Shown in pieces: positions 1 through 11,425 of a stretch of 64,000 bases of DNA. Each line of letters begins with the position of its first letter. The first letter of the stretch is position 1. This DNA is from Cyanophyceae cyanobacterium. GTDB taxonomy: Bacteria; Cyanobacteriota; Cyanobacteriia; Cyanobacteriales; Laspinemataceae. The stretch spans positions 288,001-352,000 of the forward strand of contig JBBQFN010000003.1 in the NCBI GenBank assembly GCA_038321985.1, written 5' to 3'. The notes below the pieces were generated by a model that was not told the DNA's origin, did no database searches, and worked only from the letters and a program-made list of their open reading frames with translations. A program made the translations under genes and the position numbers.

Positions 1-4
1 GGGG

Positions 5-1651
5 GTGGTTGCTGCTACAGCCTTGGTTTTTGCCTCAGTCATGGCAAGACGCCGACAAGCCGAAGAGTTACTCACTCAGGGAGAAGAAAGGCTGGCAAAT
101 GCTCAACGCATCGCCCAGGTGGGGAATTGGGATTTAGACGGCGATCGCAAAGTATTACATTGGTCCGATGAAATTTATCGGATTCTGGGAGAAGAACCCC
201 ACAGCTTCGCGCCGAGTCACGAACAATTCCTGAAATACGTCCATCCGAGCGATCGCAACGAAGTCCGCAACGCCTTTGACAATGCGATTATTAATCACCA
301 ACCCTACTCCCTAGAATATCGCCTCCTGCGCCGGGATGGTGAAGATCGCATCGTTCATGAACAGTGCGAAATCAGTCTCTCTCGGATTACCGCTACGGTT
401 CAAGATATAACCCCTCGCATTCGTGCCGAAGCTGCCTTACGCGCCAGTGAAGAACGATTCTCGAAAGCGTTTCAAGCCAGTCCCCTAGGTATCAGCATTA
501 GCACCCGCGCCGAAGGACGGTTTGTAGATGTAAATCACACCTTTTTGGAGTTACTGGGTTATTCTCCCTCCGAAGCGATCGGGAAAACCTGGGAGGAACT
601 GGATATTTGGATACATCAGGGAGATTACCTCAATCAAGTTGTTAATAAATTAAAGCAAGTTGGCTCAATCCGAGACCTTGAACTCCAATTTCGCACCAAA
701 TCTGGAGAAATTCGGGATGCAATTCTCTCCATTGAACCGATTGATCTAGAAGGAGAACCGTGTCTGTTGACAATGGTGAGTGACAACACCGAACGTAAGC
801 AGGCCGAGGAATTCCGCAAAGCGAAAGAAGCTGCCGAAGCGGCTAATTTAGCCAAAAGCGCATTTTTAGCTAATATGAGCCACGAACTGCGAACCCCCCT
901 CAACGCTATCATCGGCTACAGCGAAATTCTCCAGGAAGATGCAGAAGATTTGGGACAATCAGAGTTCATCCCGGACCTCCAAAAAATTCACGGCGCAGGG
1001 CGACAGTTACTCTCATTAATTAGTGATATTCTTGACCTTTCTAAAATTGAAGCGGGTCGGATGGGTTTGGAATTAGAAACCTTTGAAATCGGTACGCTAA
1101 TTTGGGAAGTGATCACCACCATTCAGCCATTGGTAGATAAAAACGGTAATCAGTTAAAGATTCAGTGTCCTGAAGATATCGGCCAATTGCACGCTGATAT
1201 TACAAAGGTCCGACAAATCCTGCTTAATTTAATGAGTAATGCCATAAAATTTACCCCACAAGGAAAGATTGAACTCTGGATCAGACGCACCCGAGAAAAA
1301 CCCTTAAAAGGGGATATTTCTTCTTTAAAAGCTGATGATCAATATGAGGTTGAAGGTCAAGAGTGGATTTTTTTTAGAGTCAGGGATACGGGAATTGGCA
1401 TGACTCGAGAACAGTTGGATCAGGTGTTCAAACCCTTTACTCAAGCTGACGCTTCAACTACGCGCAAATATGGAGGGACAGGCTTGGGATTGACGATTAC
1501 TCAAAAATTCTGTCAAATGATGGGGGGAAATATTAAGGTAGAAAGTGAGGTCGGTAAAGGTTCCCAATTTACGCTTTGGTTGCCTGCTAAGGTCAGTTCT
1601 CCTGTTTTATCCCGGGAGGATGAAGCCAGGATTGGGGGCGATCGCAATTAG
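5..1651 (+). CDS. PAS/PAC sensor histidine kinase (5'-truncated by window edge)
   Basis: Two PAS/PAC domains, H-box FLANMSHELRTPLNAIIG, HATPase N/G boxes (NLMSNAIKFT, DTGIG, GGTGLGL). Confidence 0.9.
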   Translation: MVAATALVFASVMARRRQAEELLTQGEERLANAQRIAQVGNWDLDGDRKVLHWSDEIYRILGEEPHSFAPSHEQFLKYVHPSDRNEVRNAFDNAIINHQPYSLEYRLLRRDGEDRIVHEQCEISLSRITATVQDITPRIRAEAALRASEERFSKAFQASPLGISISTRAEGRFVDVNHTFLELLGYSPSEAIGKTWEELDIWIHQGDYLNQVVNKLKQVGSIRDLELQFRTKSGEIRDAILSIEPIDLEGEPCLLTMVSDNTERKQAEEFRKAKEAAEAANLAKSAFLANMSHELRTPLNAIIGYSEILQEDAEDLGQSEFIPDLQKIHGAGRQLLSLISDILDLSKIEAGRMGLELETFEIGTLIWEVITTIQPLVDKNGNQLKIQCPEDIGQLHADITKVRQILLNLMSNAIKFTPQGKIELWIRRTREKPLKGDISSLKADDQYEVEGQEWIFFRVRDTGIGMTREQLDQVFKPFTQADASTTRKYGGTGLGLTITQKFCQMMGGNIKVESEVGKGSQFTLWLPAKVSSPVLSREDEARIGGDRN

Positions 1652-2155
1652 GTCTAGACTTATCCGGTTAGTAATTTTAGATTTAGGGAATTAATAAACC
1701 CGGGTTCGGGTCCTGATTTTCTGTTAGAGTATGTCTAAATTATGGGGACCCTATTAAATTGGGGGAGGGGGAATTTTCACTTATATTAGGGAGCGCTAGG
1801 TTTTCACTCTCCAAAAAATTATTCAAGGGATTTAAACGGGTTAAAATAACTTAATTTTATTTAAAACTTTGGTTTATAAATTTTAAAATTTCAGGCGGGC
1901 TTGCCCTTCAAACAGGAGGGATAATATTTAACATTTATTATTATTTTTGTCAACTCTTAAGGAGGTTAGCGGTAAGGTGGAGAAAAGATTAATTGTACAA
2001 ATTTCTGAATTATCAAATTTAGCCCATAATTTTTAGTTTTGCTGACGTAAGGGAGGATCGGATAGAGGTAAAATATTAGGGCTTGATGGAAAAACCTCTA
2101 GGCGTGAGGTCGCGTTTAATCGGTTTAAAAATTGTTGGAGGACAACAGTAGTAAG

Positions 2156-3547
2156 ATGGTCGCATTAACACCCAATTCTAGCTTTAGCGTAACGATTCGT
2201 TTGCAACTTCCTAACCGAGCAGGAACCCTGGCAAACGTGACCCAGGCGATCGCCTCCGTGGGAGGGAATCTGGGCCAAATTGACTTAATCGAACAAACCC
2301 GTGCTTACACCACGCGGGATATTACCGTCGATGCTTCAAGTACCGAACACGCTGAGGAAATTGTCCAAACAATCAAGGGACTCTCGGAGATTAAAGTTCT
2401 CAACGTTTACGATCGCACCTTTAACCTGCATCGCGGCGGAAAAATTAGCATCGAAAATAAAATTTCCCTCAAAACTCAAGCCGACTTAGCAATGGCGTAC
2501 ACCCCGGGAGTTGGGCGAGTTTGTATGGAAATTGCCAACAATCCCGAACAACTCTACAATCTGACCATCAAGCAAAATACTGTGGCGATCGTTACCGATG
2601 GTTCGGCAGTGCTAGGGTTAGGCAATCTCGGTCCCGGAGGTGCACTCCCGGTGATGGAAGGCAAAGCCATGTTGTTTAAAGCCTTTGCTGGAATTGATGC
2701 CTTTCCCATCTGTCTGAACACCCAAGACACGGACGAAATTGTAGAAACTGTTAAACGAATTGCTACGGTATTTGGTGGGGTAAATTTAGAGGATATTAGC
2801 GCCCCTCGCTGTTTCGAGATTGAAGCCAGATTGCGCCGTGAATTGGACATTCCAGTGTTTCACGATGATCAACATGGCACAGCGATCGTCACCCTAGCGG
2901 CATCCATCAACGCTTTGAAAGTGGTGGGTAAATCCATGGAAGATATCCGGATTGTCATGAATGGGGCCGGTGCAGCAGGGGTGGCGATCGCCCGCTTATT
3001 GCGCCAAGCCGGAGCCCGCTATATGACCTTGTGCGATTCCAAAGGTATCCTCAGCCACGATCGCACGGATTTAAATGAGGAAAAACGCGAATTTGCTGTA
3101 GAAAAAGGCGGCAGTTTAGCGGATGCGATTAAAGGAACGGATATGTTTATCGGCGTTAGCGCCCCTGGGGTACTAACTCCAGAAATGGTGCGATCAATGG
3201 CACCTCATCCCATCGTCTTTGCAATGGCAAATCCCATCCCCGAAATTCAACCGGAATTAATTATGAATGATGTGGCAGTCATCGCGACAGGGCGCAGCGA
3301 TTATCCTAACCAAATTAACAACGTTTTGGCCTTTCCGGGCATCTTTCGTGGGGCGCTCGATTGTCGGGCGCATACAATCACCGAAACCATGTATTTAGAA
3401 GCAGCCAAGGCGATCGCTGCCTTAGTCAAACCTTCAGATCTCAGTCCAGAACATATCATTCCCTCTGTGTTTGATGATCGCGTAGTAACCGCCGTTTCTG
3501 CCGCAGTCCAACAGGCAGCACGTCAGGAAGGTTCTGCTCGTCATTAA
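2156..3547 (+). CDS. Malic enzyme with N-terminal ACT domain
   Basis: AYTPGV, VTDGSAVLGLGN, NLEDISAP, FHDDQHGT, GAGAAG and TGRSDYPNQINN motifs; ATG at 2156 preceded by GGAGG. Confidence 0.93.
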   Translation: MVALTPNSSFSVTIRLQLPNRAGTLANVTQAIASVGGNLGQIDLIEQTRAYTTRDITVDASSTEHAEEIVQTIKGLSEIKVLNVYDRTFNLHRGGKISIENKISLKTQADLAMAYTPGVGRVCMEIANNPEQLYNLTIKQNTVAIVTDGSAVLGLGNLGPGGALPVMEGKAMLFKAFAGIDAFPICLNTQDTDEIVETVKRIATVFGGVNLEDISAPRCFEIEARLRRELDIPVFHDDQHGTAIVTLAASINALKVVGKSMEDIRIVMNGAGAAGVAIARLLRQAGARYMTLCDSKGILSHDRTDLNEEKREFAVEKGGSLADAIKGTDMFIGVSAPGVLTPEMVRSMAPHPIVFAMANPIPEIQPELIMNDVAVIATGRSDYPNQINNVLAFPGIFRGALDCRAHTITETMYLEAAKAIAALVKPSDLSPEHIIPSVFDDRVVTAVSAAVQQAARQEGSARH

Positions 3548-3574
3548 GCCTGGAAAAGCCTTGCAGGGCAAGCG

Positions 3575-3615
3575 GTAGGGTGCGTCCGATCATCCGATGA
3601 TCGGACGCACCCTAC
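3575..3615. repeat. Perfect 20-bp inverted repeat, GTAG-ended REP-like palindrome
   Basis: GTAGGGTGCGTCCGATCATC-C-GATGATCGGACGCACCCTAC; a related GGGTGCGTCAGA...TCTGACGCACCC element lies at about 28015-28069. Confidence 0.75.
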
Positions 3616-3730
3616 AACGGGAAGGGGTTTTTTAACCGGGCAAAATTACAAACCCGACTGGGAGGATGTCACGATCGCCGATCGCGACTTATATTACAAT
3701 CTGTAAAGAACCATTACAGGGATAGGCAGA

Positions 3731-5203
3731 ATGCGGGTAGCGATCGCAGGGGCGGGACTAGCCGGAATGTCCACCGCCATTGAGTTAGTTGATGCGGGTC
3801 ACGAAGTTGAAATATTCGAGTCTCGTCCCTTTGTCGGCGGGAAAGTTGGCAGTTGGGTAGATGCCGAGGGCAATCATGTCGAAATGGGATTGCACGTCTT
3901 TTTCGGTTGCTACTACAACCTGTTCGACTTAATGAAAAAAGTAGGTGCAATTGACAACCTGCGCCTCAAAGACCATACTCATATCTTTATCAACGAGGGT
4001 GGCAAAATCGGGGAATTGGATTTTCGCTTTATTACCGGCGCGCCCTTCAACGGTTTAAAAGCCTTTTTTACCACCTCTCAACTCTCGGTACAAGATAAAC
4101 TCACCAATGCGATCGCCCTCGGCACTAGCCCCATTGTTCGGGGTTTAGTGGACTTCGACGGCGCAATGAATACCATTCGCGCCCTCGATCGCATTAGTTT
4201 TGCCGACTGGTTCCGCAAGCATGGCGGTTCTAATGGCAGTCTTAAACGGATGTGGAACCCGATCGCCTACGCCCTTGGCTTTATCGATACTGAGAACATT
4301 TCCGCACGCTGTATGCTCACCATTTTCCAGTTTTTTGCAACGAAAACGGAAGCCTCGGTTTTGCGAATGTTAGAGGGGTCTCCAGATACCTACCTCCATA
4401 AACCAATTATTGAATATCTGGAAGCACGGGGGACCAAAATCCATACTCGACGCCGGGTCCGTGAAATCCTTTTCTCCGAAGAAAGTGGCGCAACTCAAGT
4501 AACAGGACTGGTGGTTGCACAAGGGGAAACGGAAGAAACCATCACCGCTGATGCTTATGTTTTTGCTTGTGATGTCCCGGGGATTCAGAAAGTCTTACCC
4601 CCGGCGTGGCGCAAGTGGCCGGAATTCGATAATATCTACAAACTTGATACGGTGCCGGTAGCCACCGTCCAATTACGCTTTGATGGCTGGGTGACGGAAT
4701 TGCACGATGCCCAAAAACGTCAGCAGTTGGAGGAAGCAGCAGGAATCGACAATCTGCTTTATACTCCTGATGCGGATTTTTCTTGTTTTGCCGACTTAGC
4801 GTTGACTTCCCCAGGAGATTATTATCGCCAAGGAGAGGGTTCATTAATGCAGTTGGTGTTGACCCCGGGAGATCCGTTTATCAAGCAGAGTAACGAGGCG
4901 ATCGCCCAGCACGTCCTTAAACAAGTGCATGAACTATTTCCCTCTTCCCGGGAATTAAATATGACATGGTACAGCGTTGTCAAGCTGGCTCAGTCTCTCT
5001 ATCGGGAAGGTCCCGGTATGGACCCTTATCGTCCCGCCCAACATACCCCGGTAGCGAACTTCTTCCTGGCGGGAAGCTATACCCAACAGGATTATATTGA
5101 CAGTATGGAAGGGGCAACCCTATCGGGACGTCAGGCGGCTGAAGCGATTTTAGCTCGGGTGAATCAATTAACAGCCAGTCCTAAACCCTTGGCGATCGGT
5201 TAA
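3731..5203 (+). CDS. crtQ: 9,9'-di-cis-zeta-carotene desaturase
   Basis: GAGLAG FAD motif, [29 protein letters not shown]; followed by an SRPBCC gene as is usual in cyanobacteria. Confidence 0.93.
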   Translation: MRVAIAGAGLAGMSTAIELVDAGHEVEIFESRPFVGGKVGSWVDAEGNHVEMGLHVFFGCYYNLFDLMKKVGAIDNLRLKDHTHIFINEGGKIGELDFRFITGAPFNGLKAFFTTSQLSVQDKLTNAIALGTSPIVRGLVDFDGAMNTIRALDRISFADWFRKHGGSNGSLKRMWNPIAYALGFIDTENISARCMLTIFQFFATKTEASVLRMLEGSPDTYLHKPIIEYLEARGTKIHTRRRVREILFSEESGATQVTGLVVAQGETEETITADAYVFACDVPGIQKVLPPAWRKWPEFDNIYKLDTVPVATVQLRFDGWVTELHDAQKRQQLEEAAGIDNLLYTPDADFSCFADLALTSPGDYYRQGEGSLMQLVLTPGDPFIKQSNEAIAQHVLKQVHELFPSSRELNMTWYSVVKLAQSLYREGPGMDPYRPAQHTPVANFFLAGSYTQQDYIDSMEGATLSGRQAAEAILARVNQLTASPKPLAIG

Positions 5204-5310
5204 TTGTAGTTAACGCTAAACTTTAGACGTGGGGTGGGCTTTGGTCCGCCCTACTGGTTTTAAAAGGTTTACCCCATTTATAATCTAAAACTTTTAAAAA
5301 TTAAATTACC

Positions 5311-5760
5311 ATGACAAACTGGCTAGAACATAGCGTATTTGTAGAAGTAAATACCCCCATTGATCATGTGTGGAGTCTCTGGTCGGATTTAGAGCAGATG
5401 CCCCGCTGGATGAAATGGATCGACTCCGTGCAGGTTTTAGAGGACAATCCGGAATTATCTCGGTGGAAATTAGCCTCGGGGGGATTTGAATTTAGCTGGC
5501 TTTCTCGGATTTTAAAAATCGTTCCCAACCAAATTATTCAATGGGAATCCGTGGATGGATTGCCGAATCGAGGGGCAATTCGCTTTTACGATCGCCACCA
5601 AGAAGGCAGTATGGTTAAACTCACCATTGCTTATGCCATTCCCGGCATTCTCGGTCAACTCATGGATAATCTTTTTTTAGGTCGTGTCGTGGAATCAACC
5701 ATTCAAGCCGATCTAGAGCGATTTCGAGAGTATGCGATCGCCGCTTATTCCCAACAGTAA
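5311..5760 (+). CDS. SRPBCC (polyketide cyclase/dehydrase-like) family protein
   Basis: WSDLEQMPRWM, QWESVDGLPNRGAIRF; typical crtQ neighbour. Confidence 0.85.
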   Translation: MTNWLEHSVFVEVNTPIDHVWSLWSDLEQMPRWMKWIDSVQVLEDNPELSRWKLASGGFEFSWLSRILKIVPNQIIQWESVDGLPNRGAIRFYDRHQEGSMVKLTIAYAIPGILGQLMDNLFLGRVVESTIQADLERFREYAIAAYSQQ

Positions 5761-5795
5761 GAAGAAAAAGTCTGTCCCCTAGCTGAACTCACGGC

Positions 5796-7595
5796 TTATT
5801 CCGGCTTCAAGGGTAAGATGACGGTAAATGTAGTCCCCACATTTACTTCACTCTCTACCCGAATCTCTCCGTGATGGGCTTCTACGCAATTTTTTACGAT
5901 AGTAAGTCCTAGTCCAGTTCCGGGGATTTGACCGACATTTCTGGCCCGGTGGAAGGACTGGAAGAGTCGTTTACGGTCCTCTACGGGAATGCCAATCCCG
6001 CCATCCCGGATTTTAAAAATTGCCTGATTATCTTGACAAATGACATCAAAATAAATCGGAGTAGCGGGTAGGGAATATTTGCAAGCATTGGTGAGCAAAT
6101 TGCCCAGAATATAGCGCAGGAGTTTTTCATCGATACAGGCATCGGTAACCGCGCCAACTGCCTTAAAGATGATGGGATGAACCTCGCGATCGCTAAATTG
6201 CCGTTCTTCTACCAAATCTTGACCTAACTGCACTAAATCTAGAGGATGCGGATGACAGTCTAATTGTCCACTTTCTACGCGACCCAGGACGAGCAAATCA
6301 TCAATCATCTCTTCCATATATTCAGCCGTTTTGTGAATAAGTTGGAGATAATTAACCCGTTGCTCTTCCGTAATTTTTTCCGCGAATTTCTCCAAGAGTT
6401 GCGAAGCGCATAAAATTGAAGTGAGGGGATTTCGGAATTCGTGAGTCACCATTGAGGTAAAGTTAGATTTCAATTCATTGAGTTCTTTTTCTTGTTCTAG
6501 GGCGCGATTTAATTCCTCCTGTGCCTGTTGACGTTCTAGAATCTCTTGATGTAGGAGTTGGTTCGTTTCGGTGAGTTCAAGTAGCTGCTCTTCAACGGAG
6601 TGCTGTAATATTTCAATAACCCGATACATTTCTAGGGGATCAAAGGCTTGCAACAGTGTGGATTGAGTGACGATACCTAAGAGTTCTTGTTGTTCAGAAA
6701 TCACAACCAACCGGCGCACACACCACTGTTTCATCATCTGATGGGCGGTCCACAGGGAGTCGCCGGGGTTGAGTGAAAATAAAGGCTGACTCATCACCGT
6801 GGCGGCCTCTGTGCCCCGCAAATCCAAATCCAGAGCATGAAATTGCACAAGGTCCCGTTCGGTGACCATGCCGAGAGCTCGGGGGAGGATTTCAGGCAGA
6901 CTATCCGATTGAGGGTCCAGTTCTGGAGGACAAGTAGGGATTCCGGGAACTGGACCCTCGGTTTCCTCCTTTCCAAGGGTTTCTGGGAGTTCAGTAATCA
7001 CAACACAGCTAACCTTGTGCTTAGACATCAATTCTGCCAGAGACAGCAAGGATGAGGTTGGGGCTGCTGTTACTACACCGCGCGTCATCACTTCTGATAC
7101 CGTTCGTGCCTTGAGGAGATTGACTGGCTGTAGCACTTTTCGGATACTACCATGACTCACAATTCCTAACACTTCTCCGTTTTCATCTACGATGGGCAAG
7201 TGCCGAATGCCATGCTGTTGCATGAGGGACAAAATATGAAACAGGTCCCGAAACTCGGTGTAAACGAGGGTAATCACCTTGGATGTCATCACCTCCGACA
7301 TAGTTATATCGGCAATTTTTACCCCGGCTGCACACAGATGTACGACATCGCGTTCACTAAAAATGCCCCGTAATTCAGAACTCTCTACGATTAACACACA
7401 GCCGTCTCCCACGTCATCTAGAGGACTGAATGCCATGGATGCAGTGACATCCGTGAGGGCGCAACTAGACCGAGCGTGAGCCATTTGGGTAATCACTTCG
7501 ATCAGGCGGGTATCAGGAGAAACAACCATGGGCGATCGGTTGAGCGCTTGTTCTAAGTCGGGAGAGTAAAGAGGCAGACAATTGGGTGGCAGCAT
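5796..7595 (-). CDS. CBS-domain sensor histidine kinase
   Basis: Four CBS domains, H-box THEFRNPL, HATPase NLLTNACKYS, DGGIGI, GTGLGL. Confidence 0.88.
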   Translation of the reverse strand: MLPPNCLPLYSPDLEQALNRSPMVVSPDTRLIEVITQMAHARSSCALTDVTASMAFSPLDDVGDGCVLIVESSELRGIFSERDVVHLCAAGVKIADITMSEVMTSKVITLVYTEFRDLFHILSLMQQHGIRHLPIVDENGEVLGIVSHGSIRKVLQPVNLLKARTVSEVMTRGVVTAAPTSSLLSLAELMSKHKVSCVVITELPETLGKEETEGPVPGIPTCPPELDPQSDSLPEILPRALGMVTERDLVQFHALDLDLRGTEAATVMSQPLFSLNPGDSLWTAHQMMKQWCVRRLVVISEQQELLGIVTQSTLLQAFDPLEMYRVIEILQHSVEEQLLELTETNQLLHQEILERQQAQEELNRALEQEKELNELKSNFTSMVTHEFRNPLTSILCASQLLEKFAEKITEEQRVNYLQLIHKTAEYMEEMIDDLLVLGRVESGQLDCHPHPLDLVQLGQDLVEERQFSDREVHPIIFKAVGAVTDACIDEKLLRYILGNLLTNACKYSLPATPIYFDVICQDNQAIFKIRDGGIGIPVEDRKRLFQSFHRARNVGQIPGTGLGLTIVKNCVEAHHGEIRVESEVNVGTTFTVILPLKPE

Positions 7596-7750
7596 AATAA
7601 TTCAATAAGATGCGCAGAGGGAGCGAAAAAACGGGGAGGGTGGTCCAGGAAATCGGTATCGCTTGGGGCGCTTCTTTTAAGATAAGCCAGAATTTTCGCA
7701 AATTTAAAATCTCTAAATTTTTACCTAAAGAGGGTAGATTGTTAGTCAAT

Positions 7751-7990
7751 TTACCAGGTGGGATCGACATACAGATTAATGGTAATATGTTCTTTCCCCC
7801 CAGGCACTCCTGAGATGCAGGAACAAACGGTGCAATCGCCATCAATTTCTACCTCGCAGGCATGACAAGACCCCATCAAGCATCCGGTGGGAATTGTAAT
7901 CCCCGCGCGTTTGGCAACCTCCAGCAGGGGTTCTCCAACTTCGGCTTTGACGGTAATGCGATCGGGTAAAAAAATAACATCTACGCTCAT
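7751..7990 (-). CDS. 2Fe-2S ferredoxin-like protein
   Basis: GCLMGSCHAC...C cluster motif. Confidence 0.85.
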   Translation of the reverse strand: MSVDVIFLPDRITVKAEVGEPLLEVAKRAGITIPTGCLMGSCHACEVEIDGDCTVCSCISGVPGGKEHITINLYVDPTW

Positions 7991-8168
7991 AATTTTAATA
8001 TTTTAATGGGGTGAAGGTTGGATATTAGACCTCGGACAAAATAACTCTAACTCCCCTGTTGAAAAGGGGGGCGGGGGGATAGAAACTGATTCACACTTTC
8101 CCAGTCTTTTCCTACCCGCCTCATCCCCTGTTTTCTAACGGTTTGATAACCCGCTCACAACAACCGGC

Positions 8169-9650
8169 TCACAACAAAGGGGTTAAATCTAAATGAGCTT
8201 CCACAATATCGGCCAGGGAATCGATAATGGCTTCCCGTTGGTCGCGGTAGTTGGCAATTCCTGTAGGTAATGATTTTAATCCTCTTTGATTACGGAGGCG
8301 ATTTAACCACGCCCGTCGCCAAGGTCCATTATCAAATAAACCATGTAAATAGCAACCCCATACCGATTGCTCTTTATCCACCAATCCCAAATTTACATCA
8401 TCAAAAAGGGGTTTAATTTCCCTCGATAATGCTCCCGTGTACCGTTCATTCGGTTGAGTTCGCCCCTGATGAATTTCATAACCACTTACGGGTAAACCGG
8501 GGGTGGGATAATTAGAATTTACCACCCGTTGCCGGGAAATTTTATGGTTAGTAATGACGGTTTTAATGGGCAAGAGATTAAGACCCTCGTAGCGGCCTTC
8601 TACTCCTTCCACTCCTTCGGGGTCGGCAACAACTTGGCCTAGCATCTGGTATCCGCCACAAATGCCTAAAACCGTTCCTCCCCCAGCAACGTAGTTTTGT
8701 ATTTCCTCCGCCATCCCGGTTTGTTTGAGTACCAGCAAATCGGAGATTGTAGTTTTAGAACCGGGAATAATCACAGCATCCGGATAGCCTAATGATTGTT
8801 TGGGGTTAATATATTTTAGGGTAACGCTGGGTTCAGCTTCTAAGGGGTCGAAATCGGTAAAATTAGAAATTCTGGGTAAGCGAATGACTGCAATAGTAAT
8901 TTCGCTCTCTTCCTTGTGAGTGGGAGGATTTAACAAACTTAGAGAGTCTTCTGCCGGAAACATTTCTTCAATCCAAGGAATCACCCCGAGGACGGGAATG
9001 CCGGTGTATTCCTCTAACCAGGTAATACCGGAATCCAGGAGCGATCGCTGTCCTCGGAACTTATTAATGACGACCCCGCGAATTAAGGCGCGTTCTTCCG
9101 GGTCCAGTAATTCTAAGGTTCCGACAACGTGAGCAAAGGCACCGCCTCGGTCAATATCTACCACGAGGACAGTCGGCGCGTTGAGATGTTTGGCAACGCG
9201 CATATTGGTTAAATCTCGATGTTTGAGGTTGATCTCTGCGGGACTTCCCGCCCCTTCGCAGACGATCACATCAAATTCATTTCCTAACTGTTGCAAGGAT
9301 TCAACGATCGCACTCCATCCCCGATCAAAAAACTTTTCATAGTATTCAGCCGCACCCACTTTTCCCTCAGCTTTTCCTCGCAGAATGACTTGGGAAGTCA
9401 TATCCCCTTGGGGTTTTAATAAAATGGGGTTCATCTCCACTTCCGGGGCAATTCCAGCCGCCCAGGCTTGCACCGCTTGGGCATAACCGATTTCTCCTCC
9501 TTTGAGGGTAACGTAGGCATTTAATGCCATGTTTTGTCCTTTAAACGGTGCCACGCGCAACCCTCGGCGATAGAGGATCCGGCATAAGGCAGTCGCGATC
9601 GCAGATTTGCCTGCGTGGGATGTGGTTCCCACAACCATAATGGCTTTCAT
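8169..9650 (-). CDS. cobQ: Cobyric acid synthase
   Basis: MKAIMVVGTTSHAGKS, PFKGQNMALN, EGAGSPAEINL, GICGGYQMLG, YLHGLF; ATG at 9650 preferred over the longer track ORF. Confidence 0.95.
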   Translation of the reverse strand: MKAIMVVGTTSHAGKSAIATALCRILYRRGLRVAPFKGQNMALNAYVTLKGGEIGYAQAVQAWAAGIAPEVEMNPILLKPQGDMTSQVILRGKAEGKVGAAEYYEKFFDRGWSAIVESLQQLGNEFDVIVCEGAGSPAEINLKHRDLTNMRVAKHLNAPTVLVVDIDRGGAFAHVVGTLELLDPEERALIRGVVINKFRGQRSLLDSGITWLEEYTGIPVLGVIPWIEEMFPAEDSLSLLNPPTHKEESEITIAVIRLPRISNFTDFDPLEAEPSVTLKYINPKQSLGYPDAVIIPGSKTTISDLLVLKQTGMAEEIQNYVAGGGTVLGICGGYQMLGQVVADPEGVEGVEGRYEGLNLLPIKTVITNHKISRQRVVNSNYPTPGLPVSGYEIHQGRTQPNERYTGALSREIKPLFDDVNLGLVDKEQSVWGCYLHGLFDNGPWRRAWLNRLRNQRGLKSLPTGIANYRDQREAIIDSLADIVEAHLDLTPLL

Positions 9651-9676
9651 AGGGTACAAACTTCTCAGTGGTTTTG

Positions 9677-10090
9677 CTAAAAGGTTGGAAATCGTAACCA
9701 ACGATTGAGGAAATTATAAAGGCGATCGCCCCAGGAAGGGGCGGGAATTTTACCATCCGCTTGTTCCCATTCCTCCACAAGTTGTCGTCCCAAGGGAGTT
9801 AGGCGGAAACTATCGGTAATTCCTTGCCCATCGACTTCACGGCGTAATACTCCCAATTGGATCAGCCATAATAGACTGTTTTCGACTCGGCGTTCGTTGA
9901 GGGGCGATCGCGTATAGTTTTTTTCGACTCCCACCGAACCGACTATTGCCAATAACGGTACACTGCGATTTCGCATGGTCACAAATAATTGGAGTTGGAA
10001 CGGCAAACACTTTATCCCCCGGGCCGCCCGTTTTAAGGTGCTTTCGGGATATTCTATCAGGTGGGTTTTCTGGGGTTGAACAGCAGTCAT
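9677..10090 (-). CDS. Conserved cyanobacterial protein (Npun_F0494 family-like)
   Basis: WLIQLGVLRREVDGQGITDSFRLTPLG motif; adjacent to cobQ. Confidence 0.75.
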   Translation of the reverse strand: MTAVQPQKTHLIEYPESTLKRAARGIKCLPFQLQLFVTMRNRSVPLLAIVGSVGVEKNYTRSPLNERRVENSLLWLIQLGVLRREVDGQGITDSFRLTPLGRQLVEEWEQADGKIPAPSWGDRLYNFLNRWLRFPTF

Positions 10091-10254
10091 TTAAATGGTA
10101 ATACCAGGGCGTGTATATTTTTAGATTAACTCAAATTTTCATAAAAACACAGTTTACCCCAAAAAACTCATCCTGAATCAAGTTTTTTCCCTTGTCGAAG
10201 TCAATCAATTATGGTAAAATTTGTAGAAATCAAAATTAGGAAAAACCAGCATTT

Positions 10255-10695
10255 ATGACTTTACCTGTTGGCACAGCAGCCCCGGCATTTACTGCAAAAG
10301 ATACCAATGGCAATATTGTCAAATTATCTGATTTTGCCGGGAAAATTCTAGTCTTGTACTTTTACCCCAAAGATGATACTCCGGGCTGTACCAAACAAGC
10401 CTGTAGTTTTCGGGATTCCTATTCCGAATTTAGGGATAATAATATCGCGGTATTAGGAGTCAGCCGAGATAATGAATCTTCCCATCAACAATTTGCGCAA
10501 AAGTTTAATCTGCCCTTTCCCTTATTAGCTGATACCGATGGTGCTATCATCAAAGCCTACGACGTAGAAAAGGGCGATAAATCCAAGCGAGTCACCTACA
10601 TGATTGATGGCATTGGCAAAATATCCCAAGTTTACGAAGGGGAGAATCTGAACACAGAAACTCACGGTTTTGATATTCTCGCGGCCCTCCGTTAA
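10255..10695 (+). CDS. Peroxiredoxin BCP/PrxQ (CxxxxC type)
   Basis: YFYPKDDTPGCTKQAC. Confidence 0.92.
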   Translation: MTLPVGTAAPAFTAKDTNGNIVKLSDFAGKILVLYFYPKDDTPGCTKQACSFRDSYSEFRDNNIAVLGVSRDNESSHQQFAQKFNLPFPLLADTDGAIIKAYDVEKGDKSKRVTYMIDGIGKISQVYEGENLNTETHGFDILAALR

Positions 10696-10757
10696 AAGGG
10701 GCGATCGCCCCTTTTAATTCCAATCTAGTCTTAAACATTCAAGAGCATACCGCATCT

Positions 10758-11192
10758 ATGACTTTACCTATTGGCACTACTGCCCCCGATTTTACCGTCA
10801 ACGATACCAATGGCAACACTGTTAAACTTTCGGAATTCAAAGGTAAAACCCTAGTCTTGTATTTTTATCCCAAGGATGACACCCCCGGTTGCACGAAAGA
10901 AGCTCAAGGCTTCCGGGATAGCTACGCTGACTATCAAAGTAAAGAAATGGTAGTTTTGGGTGTCAGTCGGGATGATGAGGCATCTCACAAACTATTTACC
11001 GAAAAATATGGGTTGCCCTTCCAACTTCTAGCTGATGTGGATGGCACCATTACTAAGGCTTATGATGCCGATGGCGGTAGCTATTCCAAGCGGGTCACCT
11101 ATGTTATCGACAGCGAGGGCAAAATCGCTAAAGTTTACGATCAAGTCAACACCAGCAGCCACGCCCAAGATATTCTAGCTGCTGTTTCCTAA
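10758..11192 (+). CDS. Peroxiredoxin BCP/PrxQ (single-Cys paralog)
   Basis: YFYPKDDTPGCTKEAQ; only one Cys in the protein. Confidence 0.92.
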   Translation: MTLPIGTTAPDFTVNDTNGNTVKLSEFKGKTLVLYFYPKDDTPGCTKEAQGFRDSYADYQSKEMVVLGVSRDDEASHKLFTEKYGLPFQLLADVDGTITKAYDADGGSYSKRVTYVIDSEGKIAKVYDQVNTSSHAQDILAAVS

Positions 11193-11250
11193 TCCCTATA
11201 GGGGTTGGAAACAGGGGATATATTGACAGTTCAAGTATTTTGTGATATTT

Positions 11251-11282
11251 AACCTCCCGGCTACGGCCCGGAGGTTTTTTTT
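11251..11282 (+). terminator. Rho-independent terminator after the prxQ pair
   Basis: AACCTCC...GGAGGTT stem followed by a T-run. Confidence 0.7.
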
Positions 11283-11425
11283 GACCTACCAATTAATCCG
11301 TTCAATTCATCCGGATAATTCAGCGAAAAAGATTATTCCGGATAGAATCTATGCTCACAAGTAACAGGGTCTTATGGGGTAGGCAGGAAGTCTTCCTCCT
11401 GTTGATATTACTGTGAGCAGAACCG

